This document shows positions 38,610 through 47,678 of a stretch of DNA of 64,000 nt, in pieces. The notes under the pieces were generated by a model. The model did no database searches. It saw nothing but the letters and a program-made list of their open reading frames with translations, and had not been told where the DNA came from. The position numbers and the translations under genes were made by a program. Source of the DNA: an uncultured virus (IMG/VR IMGVR_UViG_3300029305_011943) (taxonomy: Duplodnaviria; Heunggongvirae; Uroviricota; Caudoviricetes); IMG/VR virus record IMGVR_UViG_3300029305_011943; one strand, 5' to 3'. Positions within the stretch are counted from its first letter, which is position 1. Every line of letters begins with the position of its first letter.

Positions 38610-38898
38610 GCGCAGCCCCTTCGGGGGCTGTTCTTCGTATCGCCGCCTGTTTGTGCCGCGTTCGCTCGTGTGGCGGCTATCGGCATCGCTTCGGATAACT
38701 TGCCCATGCGGAATGCCGCCCCACACGTCGCGTTCTGGCGCGTTTTAGGGGGAAGGCATAATGTACACAACAACAGGTGAAAAATCGCCATGCACATTCT
38801 GGTAGTTTAGCCGCTTGATATAATTTCCATTCAGAGTTATACTGTGTACAACGGCAAGGGAAACCGAGCCGAAAACAAGAAAAGCGGAGGAAAACACT

Positions 38899-39123
38899 AT
38901 GTGGACTCAGGATACCATTACCTACAACGGAAAGACTTACAGATACGCAGTCAAGCATTTTGAGGAACCCAGCGAATTTGGATACGATGAGGGCAGAGCC
39001 TCAAAGATTTGGATCGAGCGGGACGGCAAGACGGTTTTCAATTACGACCGCGGGATGGACATCAAGGCGGCAGACAAAGACACCAAGGCAGTACTTGAGA
39101 TGCTCCTGAAAAAGTTCAACTGA
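38899..39123 (+). CDS. Hypothetical phage protein (DUF7678-like)
   Basis: KHFEEPSEFG...GRASK...NYDRG.DI. Confidence 0.75.
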   Translation: MWTQDTITYNGKTYRYAVKHFEEPSEFGYDEGRASKIWIERDGKTVFNYDRGMDIKAADKDTKAVLEMLLKKFN

Positions 39124-39193
39124 GCAGCATACGGGCATGGCAGCCAATTGGCTGCCCTCTGCTCTTTCCTCCGCTGCGAAGGGAGGTGAAAAC

Positions 39194-39454
39194 ATGGGAG
39201 CAATCAGCGATATATATCATGGACGGCTTGGCCCTACACACATCGTCGGTCAGGATAACAAGGAGTATCACGACCTGCTGAATGAATGCAGCCGACTGCG
39301 GGATGAACTGGAGAAGCGGCTGTCGGAGGAAGATAATGCAGTGCTGCAGGAAATATACGGGCTGCAGGCACAGCTTTCTTCCATTGAGATGGAGCAGAAT
39401 TACTCCGAAGGATTCCGAGACGGCGCAAGGCTCATGAACGATGTGCTGAAATAA
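39194..39454 (+). CDS. Hypothetical protein (DUF6809-like)
   Basis: ISDIYHG...EGFRDGARLM; GGAGGTG RBS. Confidence 0.65.
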   Translation: MGAISDIYHGRLGPTHIVGQDNKEYHDLLNECSRLRDELEKRLSEEDNAVLQEIYGLQAQLSSIEMEQNYSEGFRDGARLMNDVLK

Positions 39455-39474
39455 GCGGAACAAAATACATAGAT

Positions 39475-39506
39475 GAGAGCTTACGATTTCGTAGGCTCTT
39501 TTCTTT
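39475..39506 (+). terminator. Rho-independent terminator closing the accessory array
   Basis: GAGAGCTTACG-attt-CGTAGGCTCTT followed by a T-rich tract. Confidence 0.75.
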
Positions 39507-39537
39507 ATCCCATTTTTCAAGAAAGGAAGTGATGCGG

Positions 39538-40011
39538 ATGGCTCAGAGAGGCAGAAAACCGAAGCCCACAGCGATCAAGGAACTGGAAGGAAATCCGGGC
39601 AAGCGTCCGCTGAATGATGCAGAGCCAAAGCATGTGAAAAAAGCTCCGCCCTGTCCGAAATGGCTGGAACCCGAAGCGAAAAAGGAATGGCGCAGGCTAT
39701 CCAAGCAACTGGAGCAGATCGGCGTTCTGACAGAGGTCGATCAGGCGGCATTCGCATCCTATTGTCAGGCATACGCACGATGGAAGGAAGCCGAGGAATT
39801 CATGACGCAGCACGGCACGATCGTAAAGACCAAAAGCGGCTACTGGCAGCAGGTGCCACAGGTGTCCATCGCGCAGACCTACCTGAAGATCATGAACAAG
39901 ATCGCAGAGCAGTTCGGACTGACTCCGGCGGCAAGAAGCCGTATCACTGCCGGTGCAGATATGAAGGATGCTGCCGTTGACGATATGGATGCACTTCTGG
40001 GAGGCGGCTGA
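39538..40011 (+). CDS. Terminase small subunit (P27 family)
   Basis: RGRKPKPTAIKELEGNPGKRPL...FGLTPAARSRI. Confidence 0.93.
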   Translation: MAQRGRKPKPTAIKELEGNPGKRPLNDAEPKHVKKAPPCPKWLEPEAKKEWRRLSKQLEQIGVLTEVDQAAFASYCQAYARWKEAEEFMTQHGTIVKTKSGYWQQVPQVSIAQTYLKIMNKIAEQFGLTPAARSRITAGADMKDAAVDDMDALLGGG

Positions 40012-41651
40012 TGGCAAGAACAGCAAAAGCAAGAGAAAGACCTGCGAACTACCCGAAACTCACCGACTACCAGCCCACACGCTTCATGCTGCCGGATTCC
40101 CATTATGATGCGGCAAAAGCGGACAGGGCTGTTCGTTTTATAGAAAACCTCTGTCACACCAAAGGCCGCTGGGCAGGCAAACCGTTCTGGCTCTTGCCGT
40201 GGCAGGAACAGATCATCCGGGATATTTTCGGTGTGGTCAAGGAAGATGACACCCGGCAGTTCCGTACAGCCTATGTTGAGATCCCGAAGAAAAACGGAAA
40301 ATCGGAGCTTGCGGCGGCAATTGCGCTGTATCTGCTGTACGCTGATAATGAGCCGTCAGCAGAAGTCTATGGTGCAGCGGCTGACCGACAGCAGGCATCC
40401 ATCGTTTTTGATGTTGCAAAGCGCATGGTCGAAATGACCCCGGCGCTCCTGAAACGCTCCAAGATCATGGCGGCGACAAAGCGGTTGGTGAATTACTCCA
40501 ATGTGGGGTTCTATCAGGTGCTTTCGGCGGAAGTCGGTACCAAGCACGGACTGAATGTATCAGGACTTGTTTTGGATGAACTTCACGCCCAGCCGAACCG
40601 CAGCCTTGTGGATGTTCTCACAAAAGGCTCCGGCGATGCGAGAACGCAGCCGCTGTACTTCCTGATCACCACAGCAGGAACCGACCGCAACAGCATCTGC
40701 TACGAATATCACACCAAAGCAAAGGATATTCTGGACGGCAGACGCATCGACCCTTCCTTCTATCCCGTGATCTATGGACTGAATGATGACGACGACTGGA
40801 ACGCTGAGGAATCGTGGTACAAGGCAAATCCGTCCCTCGGATACACCATTACCATCGACCGCGTCCGGGATGCGCATCGTGAGGCGCTGACAAATCCCGC
40901 CGAGGAAAATGTATTCCGTCAGTTGCGTCTGGATCAGTGGGTCGGCAGTGCGGTCGCATGGATCCCAGAGCATATCTACGACAGAGGCAATCTGCCAATT
41001 GATATGGAATCCTTGCGTGGTCGGGAGTGTTACGCCGGACTCGACCTGTCCAGCACATCAGATATCACGGCTTTTGTTCTGGTATTCCCGCCACTGACTG
41101 AGGGCGACAAATACATCGTTATTCCCCACTTCTGGCTGCCGAGGGAAACGCTTGACCTGCGTGTCCGAAGAGACCATGTTCCTTACGATGTCTGGGAGTG
41201 TATGGGCTTGTTTCATGTGACCGAGGGAAATGTGGTGGACTATAACTTCGTGCGTAAAACGATCAATGAGCTGCACACGATGTATAACATCAAGGAGATC
41301 GCTGCCGACCGCTGGAACGCTACACAGCTTATCACAGATCTGATTGGAGATGGGTTCACTGTCGTACCGATGGGCATGGGCTTCAAGGATATGTCGCCCC
41401 CGATGAAAGAGCTGTACAAGCTCATACTCGAAGGTATGTTCGTTCACGGCGGCAATCCCGTTCTCAGATGGATGGCAGGAAATGTGGTTGCTGAGATTGA
41501 TGCGGCGGAGAATATAAAACCGAGCAAAAAGAAAAGTACCGAGAAAATCGACGGCATTGTCGCATGGATCATGGCGCTCGACCGAGTGATCCGCCATGAA
41601 ATGCAGGGCAGTGTCTATGACGAACCCGATCATGACCTGATCGTTTTGTAG
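40011..41651 (+). CDS. Terminase large subunit
   Basis: IPKKNGKSEL, LDELH, GLDLS, KIDGIVA. Confidence 0.96.
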   Translation: MARTAKARERPANYPKLTDYQPTRFMLPDSHYDAAKADRAVRFIENLCHTKGRWAGKPFWLLPWQEQIIRDIFGVVKEDDTRQFRTAYVEIPKKNGKSELAAAIALYLLYADNEPSAEVYGAAADRQQASIVFDVAKRMVEMTPALLKRSKIMAATKRLVNYSNVGFYQVLSAEVGTKHGLNVSGLVLDELHAQPNRSLVDVLTKGSGDARTQPLYFLITTAGTDRNSICYEYHTKAKDILDGRRIDPSFYPVIYGLNDDDDWNAEESWYKANPSLGYTITIDRVRDAHREALTNPAEENVFRQLRLDQWVGSAVAWIPEHIYDRGNLPIDMESLRGRECYAGLDLSSTSDITAFVLVFPPLTEGDKYIVIPHFWLPRETLDLRVRRDHVPYDVWECMGLFHVTEGNVVDYNFVRKTINELHTMYNIKEIAADRWNATQLITDLIGDGFTVVPMGMGFKDMSPPMKELYKLILEGMFVHGGNPVLRWMAGNVVAEIDAAENIKPSKKKSTEKIDGIVAWIMALDRVIRHEMQGSVYDEPDHDLIVL

Positions 41652-41662
41652 GAGGGATGCAG

Positions 41663-43057
41663 ATGGGCTTACTCAACTGGCTCGGCTTCAATAAGCCGAG
41701 AGACGCACCGTCACTGCCGGATATCCGGGACAATGTCCGTGATTCCGGTAATTTGTTTGTATTCGGCATGACGCACAGCGGAGAGCGTGTGGACGAGAGA
41801 ACGGCAATGCAGATCGTTACCGTTTATGCCTGCGTGAGACTGCTGTCAAATACCATCGCAGGGCTTCCGCTGCATCTGTACAGATATACAGGTGCCGGCG
41901 AGGATAAGGAACGCGCTACCGATCATCCGCTGTATAAAATTCTCTACCGACAGCCGAATCCCGAAATGAGTTCATTCTCATTCTGGGAGGCACTCATGTG
42001 CCACCTTTTATTATGGGGCAATGCCTATGCACAGATCGTCCGGGACGGCAAGAACGAGATCCTCGGTCTGTATCCGCTGCTGCCGGAAAACATGGAGATC
42101 GACCGCGATCCGAAGTCCGGCGACCTGTTCTACACCTATCATGCATACACCGATGAAAAGCCCGGTGAGCATGACAAGGATATCATTTTTCAGCGTGACG
42201 AGATCCTGCACATTCCCGGTCTGGGATTCAACGGCCTTATGGGATTTTCACCCATTGCCATGATGAAAAATGCACTGGGTGCGGCAATGGCGGTGGAGCG
42301 TTACGGCAGTGCCTTCTTCAAAAACGGAGCGCAGCCTGCCGGTGTTCTGGAACATCCGGGCGTGCTGAAAAATCCTGAAAAGATTCGTGAGAACTGGACA
42401 AGAGTGTACGGCGGTTCCCGCAATGCGCACCGCATCGCTGTTCTCGAAGAAGGAATGCAGTACAAACCAATCTCACTGCCGCCGGAGGATTCGCAGTTTC
42501 TTTCCACCCGCGAGTTCGATGTGGAAGAGATCTGCCGAATGTTTCAGGTTCCGCCGCATCTGGTGCAGGATCTGAAGCGCAGCACCTTCAATAACATCGA
42601 GCATCAGGGTATCGCATTTGTACAGTATTCGCTCATGCCGTGGATCATCCGCATTGAAAAAGGCATCATCAAAGACCTTCTGCTGGAAGAGGAACAGGAT
42701 GAATATTTCCCGAAATTCAACGTGGACGGTCTGATGCGCGGTGATTACCAGAGCCGCATGAACGCCTATGCCATCGGTGTCGGCAACGGCTTCATGAGCC
42801 CGAATGATGTGCGCAGGCTTGAAAACATGGATCTCATTCCGCACGATCTCGGCGGTGATGATTATTACCTCAACGGCAGCTACAATAAGCTACAGGATGC
42901 AGGTGCAGCGTATGCTGCAAATCAACCGGAACAGTCAGATGATGACACGGATGAACCGGAAGAACAGGATACACAGGATGAGAGTCCGGACGAGGAAACC
43001 GATGACAGATTCCTGCGGAAGAAACGCAGGAAGAAATACAAGAATGGGGGTATGTGA
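41663..43057 (+). CDS. HK97-family portal protein
   Basis: VYACVRLLSNTIAGLPL, LLWGNAY, EICRMFQVPP. Confidence 0.95.
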   Translation: MGLLNWLGFNKPRDAPSLPDIRDNVRDSGNLFVFGMTHSGERVDERTAMQIVTVYACVRLLSNTIAGLPLHLYRYTGAGEDKERATDHPLYKILYRQPNPEMSSFSFWEALMCHLLLWGNAYAQIVRDGKNEILGLYPLLPENMEIDRDPKSGDLFYTYHAYTDEKPGEHDKDIIFQRDEILHIPGLGFNGLMGFSPIAMMKNALGAAMAVERYGSAFFKNGAQPAGVLEHPGVLKNPEKIRENWTRVYGGSRNAHRIAVLEEGMQYKPISLPPEDSQFLSTREFDVEEICRMFQVPPHLVQDLKRSTFNNIEHQGIAFVQYSLMPWIIRIEKGIIKDLLLEEEQDEYFPKFNVDGLMRGDYQSRMNAYAIGVGNGFMSPNDVRRLENMDLIPHDLGGDDYYLNGSYNKLQDAGAAYAANQPEQSDDDTDEPEEQDTQDESPDEETDDRFLRKKRRKKYKNGGM

Positions 43058-43058
43058 T

Positions 43059-43985
43059 ATGCAGAAATTCTGGAACTGGATTCACGATGACAGTGGCGGC
43101 AGAGTTCTCCGCCTTGAGGGACCGATCGATTCAGAGTCCTTCTGGGGGGATGAAATTACGCCTGCCGCATTCCGTGACGAATTGTATGCGGAGGAGGGTG
43201 ACATTACACTTTGGCTGAATAGTCCAGGCGGCAATGTGTTCGCCGCAGCCGAAATTTACACGATGATCCGTGATTATCCGCACAATGTCACTGTCAGGAT
43301 TGCAAGTATCGCTGCTTCGGCGGCATCTGTGATCGCAATGGCGGGCAATACCGTGCAGATGTCTCCCACCGCACTTCTCATGATCCATGACCCTTCTACC
43401 ATTGCTTTCGGCAATGCAAAGGATATGGAAAAAGCCATCGCAACGCTGAATGAGGTCAAGGAGAGCATCATCAACGCATATGCTGCAAAAACGGGACTTT
43501 CCCGCAGCCGTATCAGCAAGCTCATGTCGGACGAGACATGGATCAATGCGAAAAAGGCTGTGGAGCTTGGCTTTGCCGATGAGATTCTCTTTGACGAAAA
43601 AACTCAGCCGGAAAAGAAGGAGGAACAGCCTGACGAACCGAACGATCCTGAGAAGCCCGATCAGGAAGGCGGTGACGATGAGGGCGATGAAAAGAAAGAG
43701 ACCGAAAAGAAGCCGTTCAAGCTGGACACCGGCGATGCCCTTTGGGAGTACAGTACCCGTGTCATGGGACAGACCATTCTGGGAAAGATCACCGCTTCCG
43801 CACCACCCGAAGACACAGAGCCGCCCGATGACAGCAAGGCAGATGATGCACAGAATCCTTCCGAGGAAGGGCTGACGGATACAGCACCGACTGTGACTAT
43901 CCCTGTGATCGGTATGGACGGCAAGACAAAGGACGGCGCAATGCCGTATGAAATTCTGAAACAGCAGCTTGCTTTTCTTAGATAA
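43059..43985 (+). CDS. ClpP-like head maturation protease
   Basis: LNSPGGNVF, AASAASVIAM, MIHDP, ETWINAKKAVELGFAD. Confidence 0.93.
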   Translation: MQKFWNWIHDDSGGRVLRLEGPIDSESFWGDEITPAAFRDELYAEEGDITLWLNSPGGNVFAAAEIYTMIRDYPHNVTVRIASIAASAASVIAMAGNTVQMSPTALLMIHDPSTIAFGNAKDMEKAIATLNEVKESIINAYAAKTGLSRSRISKLMSDETWINAKKAVELGFADEILFDEKTQPEKKEEQPDEPNDPEKPDQEGGDDEGDEKKETEKKPFKLDTGDALWEYSTRVMGQTILGKITASAPPEDTEPPDDSKADDAQNPSEEGLTDTAPTVTIPVIGMDGKTKDGAMPYEILKQQLAFLR

Positions 43986-44039
43986 GCAGGCTGTATTTTT
44001 ATGACCGCCGGAGATATCCGGCAGAAACGGAGAAAAGAT

Positions 44040-45296
44040 ATGAGCAAGATCATGGAACTTCGCAGCAAGCGTAATACCCTGTGGGAGCAGACAAAGGCAT
44101 TCCTCGAAAAGCACCGTGGTGAGAACGGTCTCGTGGAGGCTTCCGCAGTCGAGCAGTACAACAAAATGGCCGGTGAGGTTCAGGCTCTCGGCGCAGAGAT
44201 TGAGCGTCTCGAACAGCAGGCTGCCCTGGATGCGGCACTTTCCGCACCGACCAGCAAGCCGGTCACCAATGCACCCGGCACAAAGAATACACCGCCCACC
44301 AACCCGACCGCAACCGACGAGTACAAGTCCGCCTTCTGGGATATGATCCGCAACAAGGGCGATCAGCTTGCAGTCCGCAACGCGCTTTCTGTCGGCGAGG
44401 ACACCGAGGGCGGATACACCGTTCCGGACGAATTCGAGCGCAGACTGATCCAGGCACTCGAGGAAAACAACATCTTCCGCCAGATGGCAACGGTTATCAA
44501 GACCAACAGCGGTACCCGCAAGATCCCGATCGCTAACGATACGATGGAAGCACAGTGGATCGATGAGGGTGAGGAGATCCCGGAGACCGACACCAGATTC
44601 GGTCAGACAACCCTCTCCGCATACAAGCTCGGTACAATGATCAAGATCAGCAACGAGCTTCTGCACGACTCCGCTTTCGACCTCGCATCGTATATCGCTG
44701 CACGTTTCGGTGTAGCAATGGGCAATGCCGAGGAGCGTGCCTTCTTCACCGGTGACGGCGACAAGAAGCCGCTCGGTATTCTCGATGAGACCGGCGGTGC
44801 AGAGCTGGGCGTGACTGCTGCTTCGCAGACAGCGATCACCTTCGATGAGATCTTTGATCTCTACTACAGCCTGAAGTCTCCCTACCGCAGAAACGCACAG
44901 TTCGTCTGCAACGAGACCATCCTCCTTCAGCTCATGAAGCTCAAGGACAAGAATGACAACTATCTCTGGAAGCCGTCTCTCGACATCGCAAAGCCGGATA
45001 CGCTGCTCGGCAGACCCATTCGCACCTCTTCCTTTATGCCCGGTATCGCAAAGGGTGAGCGTGTTCTCCTCTTCGGTGACATGAAGAATTACTGGGTGGC
45101 TGACCGTCAGAACCGCACCTTCCGCCGTCTGAACGAGCTGTATGCCCGCACCGATCAGGTCGGCTTCCTTACCACCCAGCGTGTGGACGGTCGTCTCATC
45201 CTGCCGGAGTCTGTGAAGGTGCTGAAGATGGCGGGTACGAAGTCCAACACCACGGGTGGCGGCACAACTGGCGGTAACACCGGCGGCAACGGCTGA
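44040..45296 (+). CDS. HK97-family major capsid protein
   Basis: EGGYTVP, ISNELLHDS, FGDMKNY, RVDG. Confidence 0.95.
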   Translation: MSKIMELRSKRNTLWEQTKAFLEKHRGENGLVEASAVEQYNKMAGEVQALGAEIERLEQQAALDAALSAPTSKPVTNAPGTKNTPPTNPTATDEYKSAFWDMIRNKGDQLAVRNALSVGEDTEGGYTVPDEFERRLIQALEENNIFRQMATVIKTNSGTRKIPIANDTMEAQWIDEGEEIPETDTRFGQTTLSAYKLGTMIKISNELLHDSAFDLASYIAARFGVAMGNAEERAFFTGDGDKKPLGILDETGGAELGVTAASQTAITFDEIFDLYYSLKSPYRRNAQFVCNETILLQLMKLKDKNDNYLWKPSLDIAKPDTLLGRPIRTSSFMPGIAKGERVLLFGDMKNYWVADRQNRTFRRLNELYARTDQVGFLTTQRVDGRLILPESVKVLKMAGTKSNTTGGGTTGGNTGGNG

Positions 45297-45316
45297 TAAG
45301 AACGGAGGGCAGATAA

Positions 45317-45595
45317 GTGAATCTGATCTCACTGCCTGAAACAAAAAACTACCTCCGCGTTGACCACTGTGAGGATGACAAGCTCATCCTCACTCTGATC
45401 GATACGGCACAGCGGCTCGTGATGGATGTGGGGCGCATGAATGAAAAGCAGTTAGCGGAAAATGAGGAAACCTCCCGGCAGGCTATGCTGTATACTGTTT
45501 CTTACCTCTATGAAAACCGCAATACTGCTGACTATCATGCGCTGACACTTACCTTGCGGGCGCTGTTATTCGCACAAAGAGAGGGCGTGGTCTGA
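45317..45595 (+). CDS. Head-tail connector (gp6-like)
   Basis: KNYLRVD..EDD.LI...YLYENR. Confidence 0.88.
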   Translation: MNLISLPETKNYLRVDHCEDDKLILTLIDTAQRLVMDVGRMNEKQLAENEETSRQAMLYTVSYLYENRNTADYHALTLTLRALLFAQREGVV

Positions 45596-45960
45596 TGGAG
45601 ATTGGGAAACTGAATCAGCGAATCGCCGTCCTCGAAAACCATGTCAAAAAAGATGCTATCGGAAATCACAAAGCCAGGTGGGAGGAGGTGTTCTCCCTCT
45701 GGGCTTCTGTGACTGTATCAAATACTGTCGGCGGTGCAGCTGAGGAAACAAATACCGGAGTGACCAGAGAGATACAAAAGCTGGAGGTCATTATCCGTCA
45801 GACTCCGCAGACAAAAAAGATGGCTTCTACCGTATACCGCATCCGCTTTGAAGGTATTGACTATGACATCAAGGGCATTGTGCCGAATTATCAGACGCAG
45901 GACTATATGAAGCTGATCTGCGAATCACGAAGGGCGGGATCAAAGGATGACATCTATTGA
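45595..45960 (+). CDS. Head closure protein
   Basis: IGKLNQRI...DAIGN...YDIKGI; position in the module. Confidence 0.85.
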   Translation: MEIGKLNQRIAVLENHVKKDAIGNHKARWEEVFSLWASVTVSNTVGGAAEETNTGVTREIQKLEVIIRQTPQTKKMASTVYRIRFEGIDYDIKGIVPNYQTQDYMKLICESRRAGSKDDIY

Positions 45961-46315
45961 CGATATGGCTGCGGAGATCATGGAGGGCTTGGAGGAATAC
46001 GCTGATCTTGCAGATACCGCTATGAAAAAAGCTGTAAGAAAGACAGCGACCGCCGTCAAAAATGAGATCTCTGCAAACGCTCCTGTGAAGTCAGGCCGCT
46101 ACAAGCGAAGCTGGACAGCTAAGAAAACCAAGGAAAACAGCCACACACTGGAAATGACCGTCCACAGCAAAGACCGATATCAGATCGCACATCTGCTTGA
46201 ACACGGTCATGCAAAGCGCGGCGGCGGACGTGTAGCAGCTATCCCGCATATCGCTCCTGCTGAAGCAAACGGCACAGATATGCTCGAAACGCTCATTAAA
46301 AAGGAGTTATCGTGA
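45947..46315 (+). CDS. HK97 gp10-family tail component
   Basis: APVKSG...AHLLEHGH...HIAPA. Confidence 0.88.
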   Translation: MTSIDDMAAEIMEGLEEYADLADTAMKKAVRKTATAVKNEISANAPVKSGRYKRSWTAKKTKENSHTLEMTVHSKDRYQIAHLLEHGHAKRGGGRVAAIPHIAPAEANGTDMLETLIKKELS

Positions 46316-46629
46316 CCTACGAGGAAATTTCCGAGATGATGCAGGAGATCGGGCTGCCCTTTGCGTATCATCATTTCTCAGAGGGTGAAAGCCCGGATCC
46401 TCCGTTCACGCTGTTTCTGTCTCCCGGTGAAAATACATTCGGTGCGGATAACCTGATGTATGTCAGCTTCAAGCGGCTGCACATCGAGCTTTATACCGAT
46501 GAAAAATCTCCGGATACGGAGGAGCGTGTGGAGGAAGTGCTGCATCAGCACAACATTTATTATACAAAATCCGAAACATGGATCGAGAGCGAACGGCTCT
46601 ATGAGGTCCTGTACACATTGGAGGTATGA
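46312..46629 (+). CDS. Tail terminator-like protein
   Basis: Position in the module; IELYTD...YEVLY. Confidence 0.75.
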   Translation: MTYEEISEMMQEIGLPFAYHHFSEGESPDPPFTLFLSPGENTFGADNLMYVSFKRLHIELYTDEKSPDTEERVEEVLHQHNIYYTKSETWIESERLYEVLYTLEV

Positions 46630-46631
46630 AT

Positions 46632-47282
46632 ATGGCTCTGAAGAAAAACAAGGTCAAGTTCGGTCTGAACAAGGTTCACTGGGCAAAGATCACGGCTTGG
46701 TCGGACGAGGGTGTGCCGACATTTGCAACGCCTGTGCGTCTGCCCGGTGCTGTTTCGCTGAGCATTGACGCAAACGGCGAAAACGACAACTTCTACGCCG
46801 ACAACACCGTTTATTACGTTATCAACAACAACGCAGGCTATGAGGGCGACCTCGAAATTGCTCTCATCACCACCGATTTCGCAACCGATATCCTCGGTGA
46901 ACAGCTCGACAGCAAGGGTGTCCTTGTGGAGCGCAATGACGCAGAGACCTCTCAGTTTGCACTGCTCTTTGAGTTTGACGGAGACAAAAATCACATCCGT
47001 CATGTGCTGTACTGCTGCTCTGCATCCCGTCCTGCAACTGAGGGTCAGACCACTGAGGAGAGCAAAGAGGTCAAGACAGAGACGCTGTCGCTGAAGGCGT
47101 CGGCGCTTCCGAGCGGTATGGTGAAGTCCAAGACCTGTGAGAGCACGGACGAGACCACCTATAACAACTGGTACAGTGCCGTCTATATCCCGACAGCGGC
47201 TACTACAAACAACAGCACCAATACACGTTCCACAAGTACCACTAAGGGCGGCAGCACAGCCGCATCCACTACTACTGACTGA
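46632..47282 (+). CDS. Major tail protein (phi13 family)
   Basis: KVKFGLNKVH, FYADN, FALLFE, LYCCSASRP. Confidence 0.9.
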   Translation: MALKKNKVKFGLNKVHWAKITAWSDEGVPTFATPVRLPGAVSLSIDANGENDNFYADNTVYYVINNNAGYEGDLEIALITTDFATDILGEQLDSKGVLVERNDAETSQFALLFEFDGDKNHIRHVLYCCSASRPATEGQTTEESKEVKTETLSLKASALPSGMVKSKTCESTDETTYNNWYSAVYIPTAATTNNSTNTRSTSTTKGGSTAASTTTD

Positions 47283-47297
47283 TTCGGAGGAAATAAT

Positions 47298-47678
47298 ATG
47301 GCTATCAGAAAAACAATTACTGTTGACGGCATCGAGGTTCCTTTTAAGGCGAGCGCAACACTGCCTCGCCTTTACCGTGCCAAGTTCCGCAAGGACATCT
47401 TCAAGGATTTCTCTGCGCTGAAGGATTCTGTTGACGAGAGCGATGAGGAGAATTCCGGTCTCGGCATCGAGAGCCTTGAGGTGTTCGAGAATATCGCCTG
47501 GACGATGGCAAAGCACGCCAATCCGGAGGGCGTTCCTGACAGCCCCGACGAGTGGCTGGAGCAGTTCAACACCTTCTCCATCTACGAGGTGCTGCCGCAG
47601 CTCTTTGAGCTCTGGGGCGTGAATCTGGAGACGCAGGCGGAGTCAAAAAAAAATCTCGCCCAGTTGACCGCGAGATGA
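47298..47678 (+). CDS. Tail assembly chaperone (G)
   Basis: Follows the major tail gene; ends at an A9 slippery tract. Confidence 0.85.
   Translation: MAIRKTITVDGIEVPFKASATLPRLYRAKFRKDIFKDFSALKDSVDESDEENSGLGIESLEVFENIAWTMAKHANPEGVPDSPDEWLEQFNTFSIYEVLPQLFELWGVNLETQAESKKNLAQLTAR

Larger units (their letters stand above)
29041..39130 (+). repeat. 13-copy dispersed promoter/leader repeat heading each gene unit
   Basis: -35 boxes at 29092, 30494, 31740, 32957, 33787, 34305, 34925, 35483, 36342, 36896, 37503, 38105, 38815; each exactly 17 bp from TAATAT/TATAAT/TACTAT/TATCAT/TATACT; shared core CTGTACATTTAGCCGCTTG in most copies. Confidence 0.93.

Noticed and set aside
29041..39130. CRISPR array interpretation of the recurring repeat
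   Set aside because: The repeats are degenerate and separated by 0.5-1.4 kb of genes, and no cas operon is present.
29041..39500. Classical integron
   Set aside because: No IntI tyrosine recombinase in the window, no recognisable attC RYYYAAC/GTTRRRY pattern, and the units carry their own promoters.
43131..45344. Long antisense ORFs (737 aa here; also 21434-23113, 30443-31585, 51903-53087)
   Set aside because: Shadow frames opposite well-supported genes, with no motifs or RBS.
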